A stretch of DNA of 57,872 nucleotides from a virus (IMGVR_UViG_3300032315_000356:1-57872); one strand, 5' to 3'; shown: positions 46,579-55,869, counted from the stretch's first letter. Translations and numbers: made by a program. The notes: generated by a model from the letters alone, not told the origin.

Positions 46579-47352
46579 TTAAGAGTACAGTTCCAAAACA
46601 TGTTCAATGATTTTATGTCTCCTAATATCTCGTGTATCAAATTCACAGGCAGACAAGCCTGGGACATTGTATTGCTGAATCCTATTCTTTAAGTCTAATA
46701 ACCCATTATCGGGCGTTCTACGATCAGTCTGCTCTACGTCACCAGTAATGACTATCTTACTGCCCTCACCAATTCTAGTCATTAGCATTTTCATCTGGCT
46801 AGGTGTTGCATTCTGTGCTTCATCTAGAATGATCCAACTGTGCTTAAAGTTGCGTCCTCTACAGAAGGCGAGCGGAGCAACTTCAATTACTTGTTCTTCA
46901 ACCATATAGTCGAGTTCTCTTGTAGTATAGAACTCTCTCAGTACGTCGAACAAAGGTCTAACCCACGGTTCCATTTTTTCGTTTAAGTCGCCGGGTAAGA
47001 ACCCGTGCTTCTCATCGTCAACTGTAACAGCAGGCCTGGTTAATAGTATTTTTTCGCAATCTCCTTGTCTCATGGCTTTTATAGCAGCTAGCATTGCTAG
47101 ATATGTCTTGCCTGTTCCCGCAGGACCACTGACCATAACGATATCGGTTTCAGGGTCGGTCAATGCGATGATGTATTTTTCCTGATTTATACTCTGAGGT
47201 ATTAATTCGATGGGCTTTCTGGCCTTACGGGGCAGGGTTTGATTAAAGTCGATAGTTTTTGATTCTCTAGTGTCGAATGGTTTACTTTCGGCTCCATATC
47301 TTTGTGACCTAGTGTCTTTTTGTCTTAGTGCGCTAGTTTTGCGTTTTGTCAC
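46579..47352 (-). CDS. phoH: PhoH-like ATPase
   Basis: GPAGTGKT, RPAV, GFLPG, RGRNF, LDEAQN, TRIG, TGD..Q.D; SD aggag with GTG start. Confidence 0.95.
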   Translation of the reverse strand: MTKRKTSALRQKDTRSQRYGAESKPFDTRESKTIDFNQTLPRKARKPIELIPQSINQEKYIIALTDPETDIVMVSGPAGTGKTYLAMLAAIKAMRQGDCEKILLTRPAVTVDDEKHGFLPGDLNEKMEPWVRPLFDVLREFYTTRELDYMVEEQVIEVAPLAFCRGRNFKHSWIILDEAQNATPSQMKMLMTRIGEGSKIVITGDVEQTDRRTPDNGLLDLKNRIQQYNVPGLSACEFDTRDIRRHKIIEHVLELYS

Positions 47353-47516
47353 ATGTGTCTCCTAATGACTGATACATGAGAGGTGAACTCTTCTCTCAAA
47401 GTTACTTAGAACACTTCAACTGAGTAAACTATGAGCAAGTGCAAATTAGTTTTAGATGATAAATAATAATCTGATATCAGGAAGAACACCCAAAATTACG
47501 GTAAATAATCCAAAAA

Positions 47517-47525
47517 GATAAATAC
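47517..47525 (+). promoter_or_regulatory. Late-type promoter, ATG at +1
   Basis: GATAAATAC with ATG at 47530; a second GATAAATA at 47458. Confidence 0.75.
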
Positions 47526-47529
47526 GTGT

Positions 47530-48129
47530 ATGAAAAGTTTACCAGCAAATACCTTCTTTAATGATATTGACTTCGTAAGCATCGTTGATACCATCAAGAA
47601 TGTTTACATGAGCGATGGCTCTATGAGTATACTATTGGATTTTGAACGAGTGTTGGATGAAGCCGATGTGTACGCGTTCAAAAATTGGATTGTCGGTGAA
47701 CTTGTTCAAGGTCCCGTGCTTGGTAGGTATTCTGTCAAGTGCATCTTCATGTGGCCTCACAAGCTAATGCCTGATCCAAGAGGTGGACTGAGACTTACTA
47801 ACATTGGCTGTAAAGTTACCTTTGGAAAGAGCGAAATAAACGTTCCCGTAGAAGTAAAAGATTATGAAGATTTTGTACCAGGTACCCGCTATCCAAAGAT
47901 GAATAAACGTAAGGTCTGGTTCGTCGAGATTCAGGTTCCACTTGAACTTATGGATGACATCAAAGAAGGTACTATCGATCTCGCTGACACTACTATCGAT
48001 CTATCAGAGATTGAAGATGCGTACAACGAAGACTTAGATACCGCTGCTGGTAAATCTGAAAATAGTGGTCCAGATACTCAGGCAGACCAAGCACAATCTT
48101 CTGCCATAGCCCAGATGACGCAGATATAA
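47530..48129 (+). CDS. Conserved hypothetical protein
   Basis: LLDFERVLD...YAF.NW..GELV.GP...MPDPRGG.RL motif. Confidence 0.75.
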   Translation: MKSLPANTFFNDIDFVSIVDTIKNVYMSDGSMSILLDFERVLDEADVYAFKNWIVGELVQGPVLGRYSVKCIFMWPHKLMPDPRGGLRLTNIGCKVTFGKSEINVPVEVKDYEDFVPGTRYPKMNKRKVWFVEIQVPLELMDDIKEGTIDLADTTIDLSEIEDAYNEDLDTAAGKSENSGPDTQADQAQSSAIAQMTQI

Positions 48130-48141
48130 TTGAGGCAAAAT

Positions 48142-48702
48142 ATGATACGTCTAAATGAAAGCCTAGACTATATGGATATGGTGGGACAGATAGAACCCAA
48201 GATAACTGTCGATGAATATGCAGCCAAAATGGGCAAAGATAAGAATATTGTTACGTTAACTTTCAATATTAAGTCTAAACTTGCAGCCGAAGACCTAGTG
48301 TCTTGGTTCGAAAGAGGCTATGAGTTCGTACTAGACGCGAGTGTTAGTGATGGTGAAATCGAGCCCGGTGAATATCTCGTATTTGTCGAAATCGAACGTA
48401 GATCAAAGGTTCCAAGCAGAATCATTCGTTTACTTTCTGAGTTAGAGCCACTAACTGGAATCAAGATGAGAGACTGGACCGTTGAGATCGAAGGCGCCGA
48501 TTTTGATGCTGATGAAGAAATCATCCGTCAAAACATGATTCTGAATCCAAACGAATATGCAGCTAGGACCGAAGCTGAAGCCGAAGACGACGAAAACGCT
48601 GAATTAAATGAAGTTAGAAACCTTGCGGGAATAGAATCCACTCGGCTAGCATACGAAGAAGATACTTATATTAAGAATCTAAAAGCAATGGCAGGAATGT
48701 GA
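48142..48702 (+). CDS. Conserved hypothetical protein, possibly head-associated
   Basis: SD gagg; MIRLNE-S start; LVSWFERGY.FVLDA; LNEVRNLAGI. Confidence 0.7.
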   Translation: MIRLNESLDYMDMVGQIEPKITVDEYAAKMGKDKNIVTLTFNIKSKLAAEDLVSWFERGYEFVLDASVSDGEIEPGEYLVFVEIERRSKVPSRIIRLLSELEPLTGIKMRDWTVEIEGADFDADEEIIRQNMILNPNEYAARTEAEAEDDENAELNEVRNLAGIESTRLAYEEDTYIKNLKAMAGM

Positions 48703-48703
48703 T

Positions 48704-49201
48704 ATGATTAACTTGTTACCAAACAAAGAAGTAGGAGAAGGGTTAGATATCATTGCTCGTAATGACAATCATTATGATTCAATGGTAAATGACAAAGAAT
48801 TCTTTGGACTAATACAACAACGCAATGAGGAAGCAAATCAGATGATGAACCTGAATAACGCCGCATTAACTCAAGCCGGCAACAATGCTGCCCAAAACGC
48901 AGATGTTTTAGTCGAGAATGACAACAAAGAGTGGATCAACAAGAAATGGCGGCCAGCAATGGCATATATGTACATGTCGGTATGTATATCAGACTTCATT
49001 TTGTTTCCGATACTGTGGTCAGTATTGCAGCTTATAAGTAACGGAAGCGTAACTACACCGTGGCAGCCAATCAGTCTTCAAGGTGCAGGGCTTTTCCACA
49101 TCGCCATGGGAGCGGTGATCGGTATTACGGCATACGGGCGTACTCAAGAAAAAATTCAGGGCGTGGTCAACCTAAATACCGAAGTAGGTAGTGTAAAATA
49201 A
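48704..49201 (+). CDS. Holin (3TM, GTA-holin-like)
   Basis: WRPAMAY.Y...DFILFP hydrophobic segments and G...YGRTQEK C-terminus. Confidence 0.75.
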   Translation: MINLLPNKEVGEGLDIIARNDNHYDSMVNDKEFFGLIQQRNEEANQMMNLNNAALTQAGNNAAQNADVLVENDNKEWINKKWRPAMAYMYMSVCISDFILFPILWSVLQLISNGSVTTPWQPISLQGAGLFHIAMGAVIGITAYGRTQEKIQGVVNLNTEVGSVK

Positions 49202-49204
49202 TTA

Positions 49205-49233
49205 TTGACATCTACTAACTAATCTGCTATTGT
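49205..49233 (+). promoter_or_regulatory. sigma70-type promoter, ATG at +1
   Basis: TTGACA-17bp-TATTGT; ATG at 49240 with no SD. Confidence 0.8.
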
Positions 49234-49239
49234 TCAATA

Positions 49240-50040
49240 ATGGATCATTACACTACACTCGGCGTATCTCGCACCGCTACTCAGGAAGAAATTAAAAGCG
49301 CATTTCGCAAACTTGCGATGCAGCATCACCCTGATCGTGGCGGCGATATTAATAAGTTCCAAGAAATCAGTAATGCATATGAAATATTGAGTGATGTTGA
49401 CAAGCGTTCGCGGTACGATAATCCTCAACCACAGCAATACAATCCATTCAGTAGTGGTGCCGACGGCTTTTCAGTGTATAACAATGCGTATGATCTAGAA
49501 AATTTATTCGGACAGATTTTTGGAAATAGACCTAATCCATTCGCACAACAGCAACAAGTGATGCGCACCCGAATTGGCGTATCATTAGTAGATGCATATA
49601 CTGGAACCGAGAGCGTAATACAGCTTAGTACCCCCCAAGGAGTGAAAGTCATCAACATAAAAATTCCTCCGGGTGTTGACAACGGTGACACGATACGATA
49701 TGATAATATCATCAACAATGTAACACTAATTGTTGAGTTCGCGATCACTCCTGATCATAGATTTGAACGGAAAGGCAGTGATCTATATTCGCAACTGACT
49801 ATCTCTATTCTAGACTTGATTGTGGGCGATAAAGTCTCAATTCAAACCATTAATGGAAAAACAATAGAGGTTTCAATCAAACCCTATACGCAACCTACTC
49901 AGCATATTAGGGTACCCGGGTACGGCATGCCCTCTCGTGACGGGACGATGGGTGACCAAATACTATTGCTCAAGCCATACATCCCTGATAATATAGAAAC
50001 TGATATAATTGATAGTATCAAGCGCAGTAAAAATAAATAG
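49240..50040 (+). CDS. dnaJ: DnaJ-class (CbpA-like, class B) co-chaperone
   Basis: J-domain with HPD and a C-terminal substrate-binding domain; no Zn finger. Confidence 0.9.
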   Translation: MDHYTTLGVSRTATQEEIKSAFRKLAMQHHPDRGGDINKFQEISNAYEILSDVDKRSRYDNPQPQQYNPFSSGADGFSVYNNAYDLENLFGQIFGNRPNPFAQQQQVMRTRIGVSLVDAYTGTESVIQLSTPQGVKVINIKIPPGVDNGDTIRYDNIINNVTLIVEFAITPDHRFERKGSDLYSQLTISILDLIVGDKVSIQTINGKTIEVSIKPYTQPTQHIRVPGYGMPSRDGTMGDQILLLKPYIPDNIETDIIDSIKRSKNK

Positions 50041-50060
50041 TTTTGTAAAGGAAAAGTACC

Positions 50061-52328
50061 ATTCAGACCTCACCTGAAATCGAAAACATCATTGAACGAG
50101 CAATCGAAGCTGCTAAGCAACGCAACCATGAATATTGCACAGTAGAACATTTGCTTCTTGCATTGATTACTCACTCTCCTTTTAGGAAGTGCTTGAACAG
50201 CTTTAATGCTGACACAGATATGCTAATTGCTGAAGTCGAAGCGTATCTTAACGGTTTACACGCGATTGAATCCAAAGACCCAACCAGTCAGCCAAAACGC
50301 ACTAACACACTCGAACGCGTCATGAACCGTTCTGTGACACAGGTCTTGTTTACTGGCCGCCGGCAAGTGGCTACAATTGACCTGTTCATGAGTATCGCTA
50401 GCGAAGGTAATTCACATGGACATTACTTCCTACTCAAGTACGGCATCGGTAAGGCAGAGTTTCTCGCCCATTGGCAAAAGAACTATCGAGGCGGCGAGTA
50501 TGCTAGTGGTATCAGTGATATCCAAGCTGATGAGATTCTCGAAGAATATACTATCAATCTAACTCAGCTTGCGCGAAATGAGAAACTAGAACCTGTGATC
50601 GGTCGTACTAAAGAGATCGATGACATCATCAATGTCCTAGCAAAGCGATTCAAGGCTAACGTATTGATGGTAGGTGATCCGGGCGTTGGTAAGACTGCCA
50701 TCGCTGAAGGTATCGCCAACGCAATCGTCAACGAAGAAGTTCCAGATTTCTTGCTAGATCATGAACTATATTCTCTTGAGATCGGTTCGTTGCTTGCTGG
50801 ATCTAAGTATCGAGGTGACTTCGAAGAAAAGGTAAAGCACGTACTACAGGCACTTACCGTCAAGAAGAAGGCTATCCTATTCATCGACGAAGCACATACC
50901 ATGCAGGGTGCTGGCGGCTCGACTTCTGGAGCTGTTGACTTTTCTAATATGATCAAGCCCGCTATCACTAAGGGTAACCTTAAGGTGATCGCATCTACGA
51001 CTTGGGAAGAATACTACGAATCGTTCGAAAAGGATCGAGCGTTGATGCGCCGATTCTATCGTGTTTCCATCGATGAACCTTCGCATGATTCTACTGTTCG
51101 AATCCTTCGTGGACTTTCTACCCGGCTAAATGATTTCCATAATGTTAGTATTAGCGAAGAGGCAATCGAAGCAGCAGTCGAAAGTGCCGATCGATATATT
51201 CACGACCGCAAGAATCCAGACAAGTCGATTGACTTGCTTGATGCGGCTTGTGCAAAACAGCGTGTCCTCGAAAACAAGGGTGTAATTATCACTAAGCAGT
51301 TGATTTATGATCAAGTAGAAAAGTTTACTGGCGTCCCGGCAGACAAAATGTCCGGTGATAATCTTGATCGTATTCATCAGCTTGACGCAAATGTCAAGGA
51401 TAAGCTCTATGGCCAAGATGAGACAGTAGATAAGGTCCTCGAACGGGTTTATGTATCATTTGCTGGTATCGGCAATGATAAGAAGCCCGTCGCAAGTTTC
51501 TTGTTCTTGGGCCCTACAGGTACGGGTAAAACAGAATTGGCTAAGCTGCTCTCTAAGAATTTAGAGATGCCGCTTCTCAAGTATGACATGTCGGAATACG
51601 GAGAGAAGCACAGCGTAAGTGGCTTGATTGGTCCTCCCCCGGGATATGTGGGCTTCAGCGATTCACAGGTGCAGGGTGGACGTTTGATTTCAGACTTGAG
51701 CAAGAACCCTCATTCGATTATGCTATTTGACGAAGTTGAAAAGGCTCACCCCGATATCTTCAACATCTTCTTGCAGATTTTGGATGAGGGACGCATCACC
51801 GGTTCTAACGGTAAGGAAGTCTCATGTAAGAACACTATCATTATCATGACTTCTAACCTTGGTTCAGCGGACAATGAGCGCAATAACATCGGTTTCGGTG
51901 CGTTAGAAAAAACCGACGAAGATGAGAAAGCACTCAAGCAGTTCTTCAAACCTGAGTTCCGCAATCGTCTTGATATGGTTTGCAAGTTCAATAAGTTGGA
52001 TACGCTTGCTATCAAGAAGATCGTTATCAAGTTCCTCGATGAGGTCAAGAAGCCCTTGCTCGAAAAGCACAATATCACTCTTAACTTGAGCGAATCGGCA
52101 GTTGACTATCTGGCTGCTAAAGGATACGATAGTAAGATGGGCGCCCGTCCGCTTGCTCGTAAGATCGATGAACTGATTCGTGTTCCCCTCTCAAAGAAGA
52201 TTCTCTTTGAGCGTATCGCGAATTCAAGTATCATGGCAGTTCTGGAAGACGACGAGATTGTTTTCCAGGTTACGCAAAAACAAAACGCAAGGATTGGTCA
52301 TGACGGCATCATTGAAATTCAAGACTGA
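50061..52328 (+). CDS. clpA: ClpA-like Hsp100 ATPase with a probable ATT start
   Basis: HEYCTVEHLLLAL Clp-N domain, two NBDs (GDPGVGKT, GPTGTGKT) and an IGF loop (NNIGFG). SD aagga precedes ATT at 50061, with an in-frame TAA at 50046-50048. Confidence 0.92.
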   Translation: MQTSPEIENIIERAIEAAKQRNHEYCTVEHLLLALITHSPFRKCLNSFNADTDMLIAEVEAYLNGLHAIESKDPTSQPKRTNTLERVMNRSVTQVLFTGRRQVATIDLFMSIASEGNSHGHYFLLKYGIGKAEFLAHWQKNYRGGEYASGISDIQADEILEEYTINLTQLARNEKLEPVIGRTKEIDDIINVLAKRFKANVLMVGDPGVGKTAIAEGIANAIVNEEVPDFLLDHELYSLEIGSLLAGSKYRGDFEEKVKHVLQALTVKKKAILFIDEAHTMQGAGGSTSGAVDFSNMIKPAITKGNLKVIASTTWEEYYESFEKDRALMRRFYRVSIDEPSHDSTVRILRGLSTRLNDFHNVSISEEAIEAAVESADRYIHDRKNPDKSIDLLDAACAKQRVLENKGVIITKQLIYDQVEKFTGVPADKMSGDNLDRIHQLDANVKDKLYGQDETVDKVLERVYVSFAGIGNDKKPVASFLFLGPTGTGKTELAKLLSKNLEMPLLKYDMSEYGEKHSVSGLIGPPPGYVGFSDSQVQGGRLISDLSKNPHSIMLFDEVEKAHPDIFNIFLQILDEGRITGSNGKEVSCKNTIIIMTSNLGSADNERNNIGFGALEKTDEDEKALKQFFKPEFRNRLDMVCKFNKLDTLAIKKIVIKFLDEVKKPLLEKHNITLNLSESAVDYLAAKGYDSKMGARPLARKIDELIRVPLSKKILFERIANSSIMAVLEDDEIVFQVTQKQNARIGHDGIIEIQD

Positions 52329-52917
52329 AGATCGGACTTTCCTTTACTACAATAAATTTAAGTATAAAGTCAGTGTACGGACACCCAGAGTTCAAGAAAG
52401 TATACAGCTGGGAAACCTCATCAGTCTGCCAGAGATATATACAGTATCGCGCACTGATCGGGAAAAAATCAGCATATTCCTTGATTTGCATCGAGAGAAT
52501 AATAAGTTCAGGATAGAAGGGGACCGTATCACCTTCTTTAGTAACGATTTAGCACTAGTTGAACAATTTCAATCATTGGCTAATTCTGCACTCATAACTG
52601 AAGCTGTTGTAACACATGGCGTAAAATTATTTAAGAATACTCCTCCTGCTAAGTTTAGATCCTATCTTAAGACGACACGGATAGAATCTGAGTTTAGGTC
52701 AGAGTTTGTAAAATACCTAGAACGAACCGATGGATTACGCCCCAACAATCCTTTTCTTCGATGTCTGTATCCACAAAGCAGTTGGGGATATAAATATCTT
52801 TGGATTTATGATCATTACTTCATTGATTACGACGACCCATCTATGTTAACCTATATGCATCTGATGTTTCCTAATGTTTTGGGTAAAACCTACAAATTAG
52901 AAAAGAAATCATCCTAA
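52300..52917 (+). CDS. Hypothetical protein
   Basis: SD aagga; LYYNKFKYK...KPP.KFR.YLK duplicated-domain pattern. Confidence 0.65.
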   Translation: MTASLKFKTEDRTFLYYNKFKYKVSVRTPRVQESIQLGNLISLPEIYTVSRTDREKISIFLDLHRENNKFRIEGDRITFFSNDLALVEQFQSLANSALITEAVVTHGVKLFKNTPPAKFRSYLKTTRIESEFRSEFVKYLERTDGLRPNNPFLRCLYPQSSWGYKYLWIYDHYFIDYDDPSMLTYMHLMFPNVLGKTYKLEKKSS

Positions 52918-52920
52918 TTA

Positions 52921-52929
52921 GATAAATAC
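52921..52929 (+). promoter_or_regulatory. Late-type promoter
   Basis: GATAAATAC. Confidence 0.75.
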
Positions 52930-52952
52930 TCTATATAATTTGGAGTATTAAT

Positions 52953-53117
52953 ATGGCTAGAATGATAGAAGAAGCCATCGTTATCAGGTTATCAAAACTT
53001 GTAAAAGACGAAGATGCAACGCAACATATTGTTTCAGCAGATGCGCAACTAGCATTGGAACAAGTGGCTCAGGAATTAGCAGGTCCGGGCGTGATTGTAG
53101 AGGTTGCTAGTACATAA
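52953..53117 (+). CDS. 54-aa hypothetical protein (not in the ORF track)
   Basis: SD ggag; MARMIEEAIVIRLSKLVKD...LEQVAQELAGPGVIVEV; late promoter. Confidence 0.7.
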   Translation: MARMIEEAIVIRLSKLVKDEDATQHIVSADAQLALEQVAQELAGPGVIVEVAST

Positions 53118-53193
53118 TGTCTTTCACATCCTGTACTTATATGGTTAGTTGGCATTCTGCTGCGATATCGTGTGGGTTATGTGGAGAAAAGGC

Positions 53194-53580
53194 ATGAGTG
53201 CTTCTACCACACTAATATTATTGCCACAAACAGCATATGTTAATCCGGGTAACGGAGCACCGTATACTGTAACGGGCGACTCACGCCCCGCCGCGGCATA
53301 TTATTTAGGTAATAAAGACCTGCAAACGGTCAACATAAGTTTGACCAACTGTACAGGTAACATTGTACTGGAAGCCACACTAGCTTCTCAGCCTGTAGAT
53401 TTGGATTGGTTCAAAGTCTATGAGTTAGAGGCAAATGCCAACGCAGCAGCAAACTCACTTCCGCAAATCGCGTCTAATGCTAAGGTGTACACAAATGTCG
53501 AAGGCAATTTTGTTTATGTCAGAGCGAAGATTGAAGGTTTTCAAGGCGGCGCTGTGAATTTTGTAAAGATAAGCTATTAG
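53194..53580 (+). CDS. Putative structural beta-sandwich protein
   Basis: SD ggag before ATG 53194; G...AA.YY...LQTV...GNF.Y.RA motif, resembling the C-terminal domain of 24595. Confidence 0.6.
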   Translation: MSASTTLILLPQTAYVNPGNGAPYTVTGDSRPAAAYYLGNKDLQTVNISLTNCTGNIVLEATLASQPVDLDWFKVYELEANANAAANSLPQIASNAKVYTNVEGNFVYVRAKIEGFQGGAVNFVKISY

Positions 53581-53591
53581 AAAGAATTACA

Positions 53592-53777
53592 ATGGAAACT
53601 ACAATCAATATCAAAGCACAGTTCGAGGCATTCCTCGCTGAAAATGAAAAGTTCAATAAGGGCAATGCAGCAGCAGGTACTCGTGCCCGTAAGGCATTAG
53701 GTGAACTTGCTAAGTTGTGCAAGGCTCGTCGCAACGAGATCACTGAAAAAAAGAACGCACGCAAAGAAACGAACTAG
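53592..53777 (+). CDS. Histone H1-like Hc1 family protein
   Basis: EKF.KGN.AAGTRARKAL.EL.KL.K.RR.E signature. Confidence 0.85.
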   Translation: METTINIKAQFEAFLAENEKFNKGNAAAGTRARKALGELAKLCKARRNEITEKKNARKETN

Positions 53778-53780
53778 TCA

Positions 53781-54836
53781 ATGAATGTGATAGCAGTATA
53801 CCCCGGGAGATTCCATCCTCTGCACAAAGGCCATGCAGCTAGCTTTAAGCAATTGGCGCAGAAGTTTGGTTTGGAGAATACATATCTTGCTATCTCAGCT
53901 AAACAAGAACAGCCAAAGAGTCCATTCTCAGCACAAGATCGTGCTAAGATGGCCTCTGCTTTGGGAATCCCTTCAAAGAACATTATGGCAGTTAGTAATC
54001 CATATATGGCAAAGGAATACTTAGATAAGGTAGAATCGAGTGGCGGTGATACTGATAATACCATTCTAGTTTTCGGTGTGAGTAAAAAGGATATGGAGGG
54101 CGACCCGTCAATGGGCATCGCTCCAGATCCTCGTTTCTCATTCAAGCCCAAGAAAGATGGTTCTGCTCCTTACATGCAACCTTATTCAGCAAAAGCGATG
54201 CAAAACCCACAACCGATGACTAAACATGCATATGTGTTATCAACTGATGTAGCCGAGTTTCCTATCGCGGGGGAAACAATGCGTGACGCAAGTGCTATTC
54301 GTAAAGCATATGCAGGTGCCGATACCAAGAAAAAAATGAGAATTTTAACTGACTTATACGGAGATTCAGCAGAAAAGATGAAGCAAACATTCGACAATAA
54401 CCTGCAGGTTACTGAGAGCATTCGTAGGTTGATTGCTGCTATCAAACCGTTGATCAGCGAAGCGACTCCTGCACAAAAAGCAAAATTCGTTCATTTATTG
54501 AGCGAAGCCAAAACTCAACTCCACAAACGCAATAAGCGTATCTATGAGAGTGAAAGTACAAGAGAACCAATTTACAAAGATGGTAGAGATATCGACATCG
54601 TTAGAGATTTGGGCAATAACTATTATCTGTCTAAAGAAGTCGATGAAGATGACGATGTTCGTAAAGTAAATTATGCAGTCTATACTAAGGTTCCTGATAC
54701 TACAGATATGTATACATTTGTCAATTCTGTGCAGGTGAGTCCATATAGCCCGAGCCGCGAACAACTAGAAGCTGCGATCAAAAAAGTTATCGATGCTGAT
54801 CGAACCACAACCAATGATTACTTAGAAGAAAGATAA
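53781..54836 (+). CDS. HIGH-family (cytidylyltransferase/NMNAT-like) nucleotidyltransferase with C-terminal extensions
   Basis: VYPGRFHPLHKGH, SPFS..DR, ASAIR; C-terminal VTE-S, ISE-A, LSE-A and IYE-S sites. Confidence 0.8.
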   Translation: MNVIAVYPGRFHPLHKGHAASFKQLAQKFGLENTYLAISAKQEQPKSPFSAQDRAKMASALGIPSKNIMAVSNPYMAKEYLDKVESSGGDTDNTILVFGVSKKDMEGDPSMGIAPDPRFSFKPKKDGSAPYMQPYSAKAMQNPQPMTKHAYVLSTDVAEFPIAGETMRDASAIRKAYAGADTKKKMRILTDLYGDSAEKMKQTFDNNLQVTESIRRLIAAIKPLISEATPAQKAKFVHLLSEAKTQLHKRNKRIYESESTREPIYKDGRDIDIVRDLGNNYYLSKEVDEDDDVRKVNYAVYTKVPDTTDMYTFVNSVQVSPYSPSREQLEAAIKKVIDADRTTTNDYLEER

Positions 54837-54956
54837 TTAATAATTGGCTTAGGCTAGCCAAAACACAGTAAATATGATGCTTTTCTATCAAATAAAAAAA
54901 TACGCGCCCTCGTTCTGATGTAAATATCTGTATAGCTTACATCAGAAGAGGACTTC

Positions 54957-55856
54957 ATGGCTAAGAAACCAAAGATTACAACTACTGCACCAAACGGCGA
55001 AGAGCGTACTGTTCCCGTAGAAAAGATTCAAGAAATTGCTGATCAAGCAGCAACAGAACAACAGCAAGCTCCGCAAGAAGGTCAAATTCAAGTTAACGTT
55101 GACTTCCTACGTACTACAAAAGTTCACATCGCAATGCCATGTTACGGCGGCATGTTGACTGAATCTACGTTCATGAGTTTCATCAAGTGGGCTAACACTG
55201 CGCGTCAGTTAGGCATCGATTGGACGCTTGAGACTATGGTTAATGAATCACTCATTAGCCGCGCCCGTAATACGCTTACTGCGAAGTTTCTCGCAATGCC
55301 TGATGCAACTCACCTATTCTTCGTGGACGCTGATATTGGTTGGGAACCCTGGCATCTACTCGTTCTGCTAAATCGTGACGTTGATGTCATTGGTGGACTT
55401 TACCCAATGAAGACGATGCCAATCAAGTGGGTCGTCAATGGATTCGAAGGCGCTGAAGAAGGCCCCGATGGTTTACAAGAAGTATCAAAGGCAGGCACTG
55501 GCTTCCTTCTTATGAAGAAGCATGTATTCAGTAAGCTGAATTCTCATCCAGCAGTCAAGCAGTACAAGAACGACATTGGTCTTGACCCGATGTATGATCA
55601 ATACTTGAAGACGTACTTTGATACCGCAGTGCGTCAAAATCGTTATTATTCCGAGGATTGGACTTTTTGCGAGAACCATAGAGATTTAGGCGGTAAGATT
55701 TGGGTTGACAAGCGAGTCTTGTTGAGACATTCCGGTTCATACGTGTTCTGTCAGGAAAATCAGGATTATCTACTCAATTCAATTGGTCCCATGTGGGCTG
55801 AGGCACAAAAAGCTAAGGGCTACAAGATTATTGATGAAAACGGAAACGAAATCTAA
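54957..55856 (+). CDS. GT-A fold glycosyltransferase
   Basis: IAMPCYGG, ESLISRARN, FVDADIGW, GTGFLL, SEDWTFC; SD gagga; GTAAATA at 54920. Confidence 0.8.
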   Translation: MAKKPKITTTAPNGEERTVPVEKIQEIADQAATEQQQAPQEGQIQVNVDFLRTTKVHIAMPCYGGMLTESTFMSFIKWANTARQLGIDWTLETMVNESLISRARNTLTAKFLAMPDATHLFFVDADIGWEPWHLLVLLNRDVDVIGGLYPMKTMPIKWVVNGFEGAEEGPDGLQEVSKAGTGFLLMKKHVFSKLNSHPAVKQYKNDIGLDPMYDQYLKTYFDTAVRQNRYYSEDWTFCENHRDLGGKIWVDKRVLLRHSGSYVFCQENQDYLLNSIGPMWAEAQKAKGYKIIDENGNEI

Positions 55857-55869
55857 GTTTCTATAATAT

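Noticed and set aside
47353-47529. tRNA or other known ncRNA in the larger intergenic gaps (also 54837-54956 and 55857-55990)
   Set aside because: No cloverleaf or T-loop GTTCRA context; only short hairpins and promoter boxes were seen.
53117-53197. 26-aa ORF MSFTSCTYMVSWHSAAISCGLCGEKA bridging two genes
   Set aside because: It is coupled at both ends but too short and motif-free to support as a gene.
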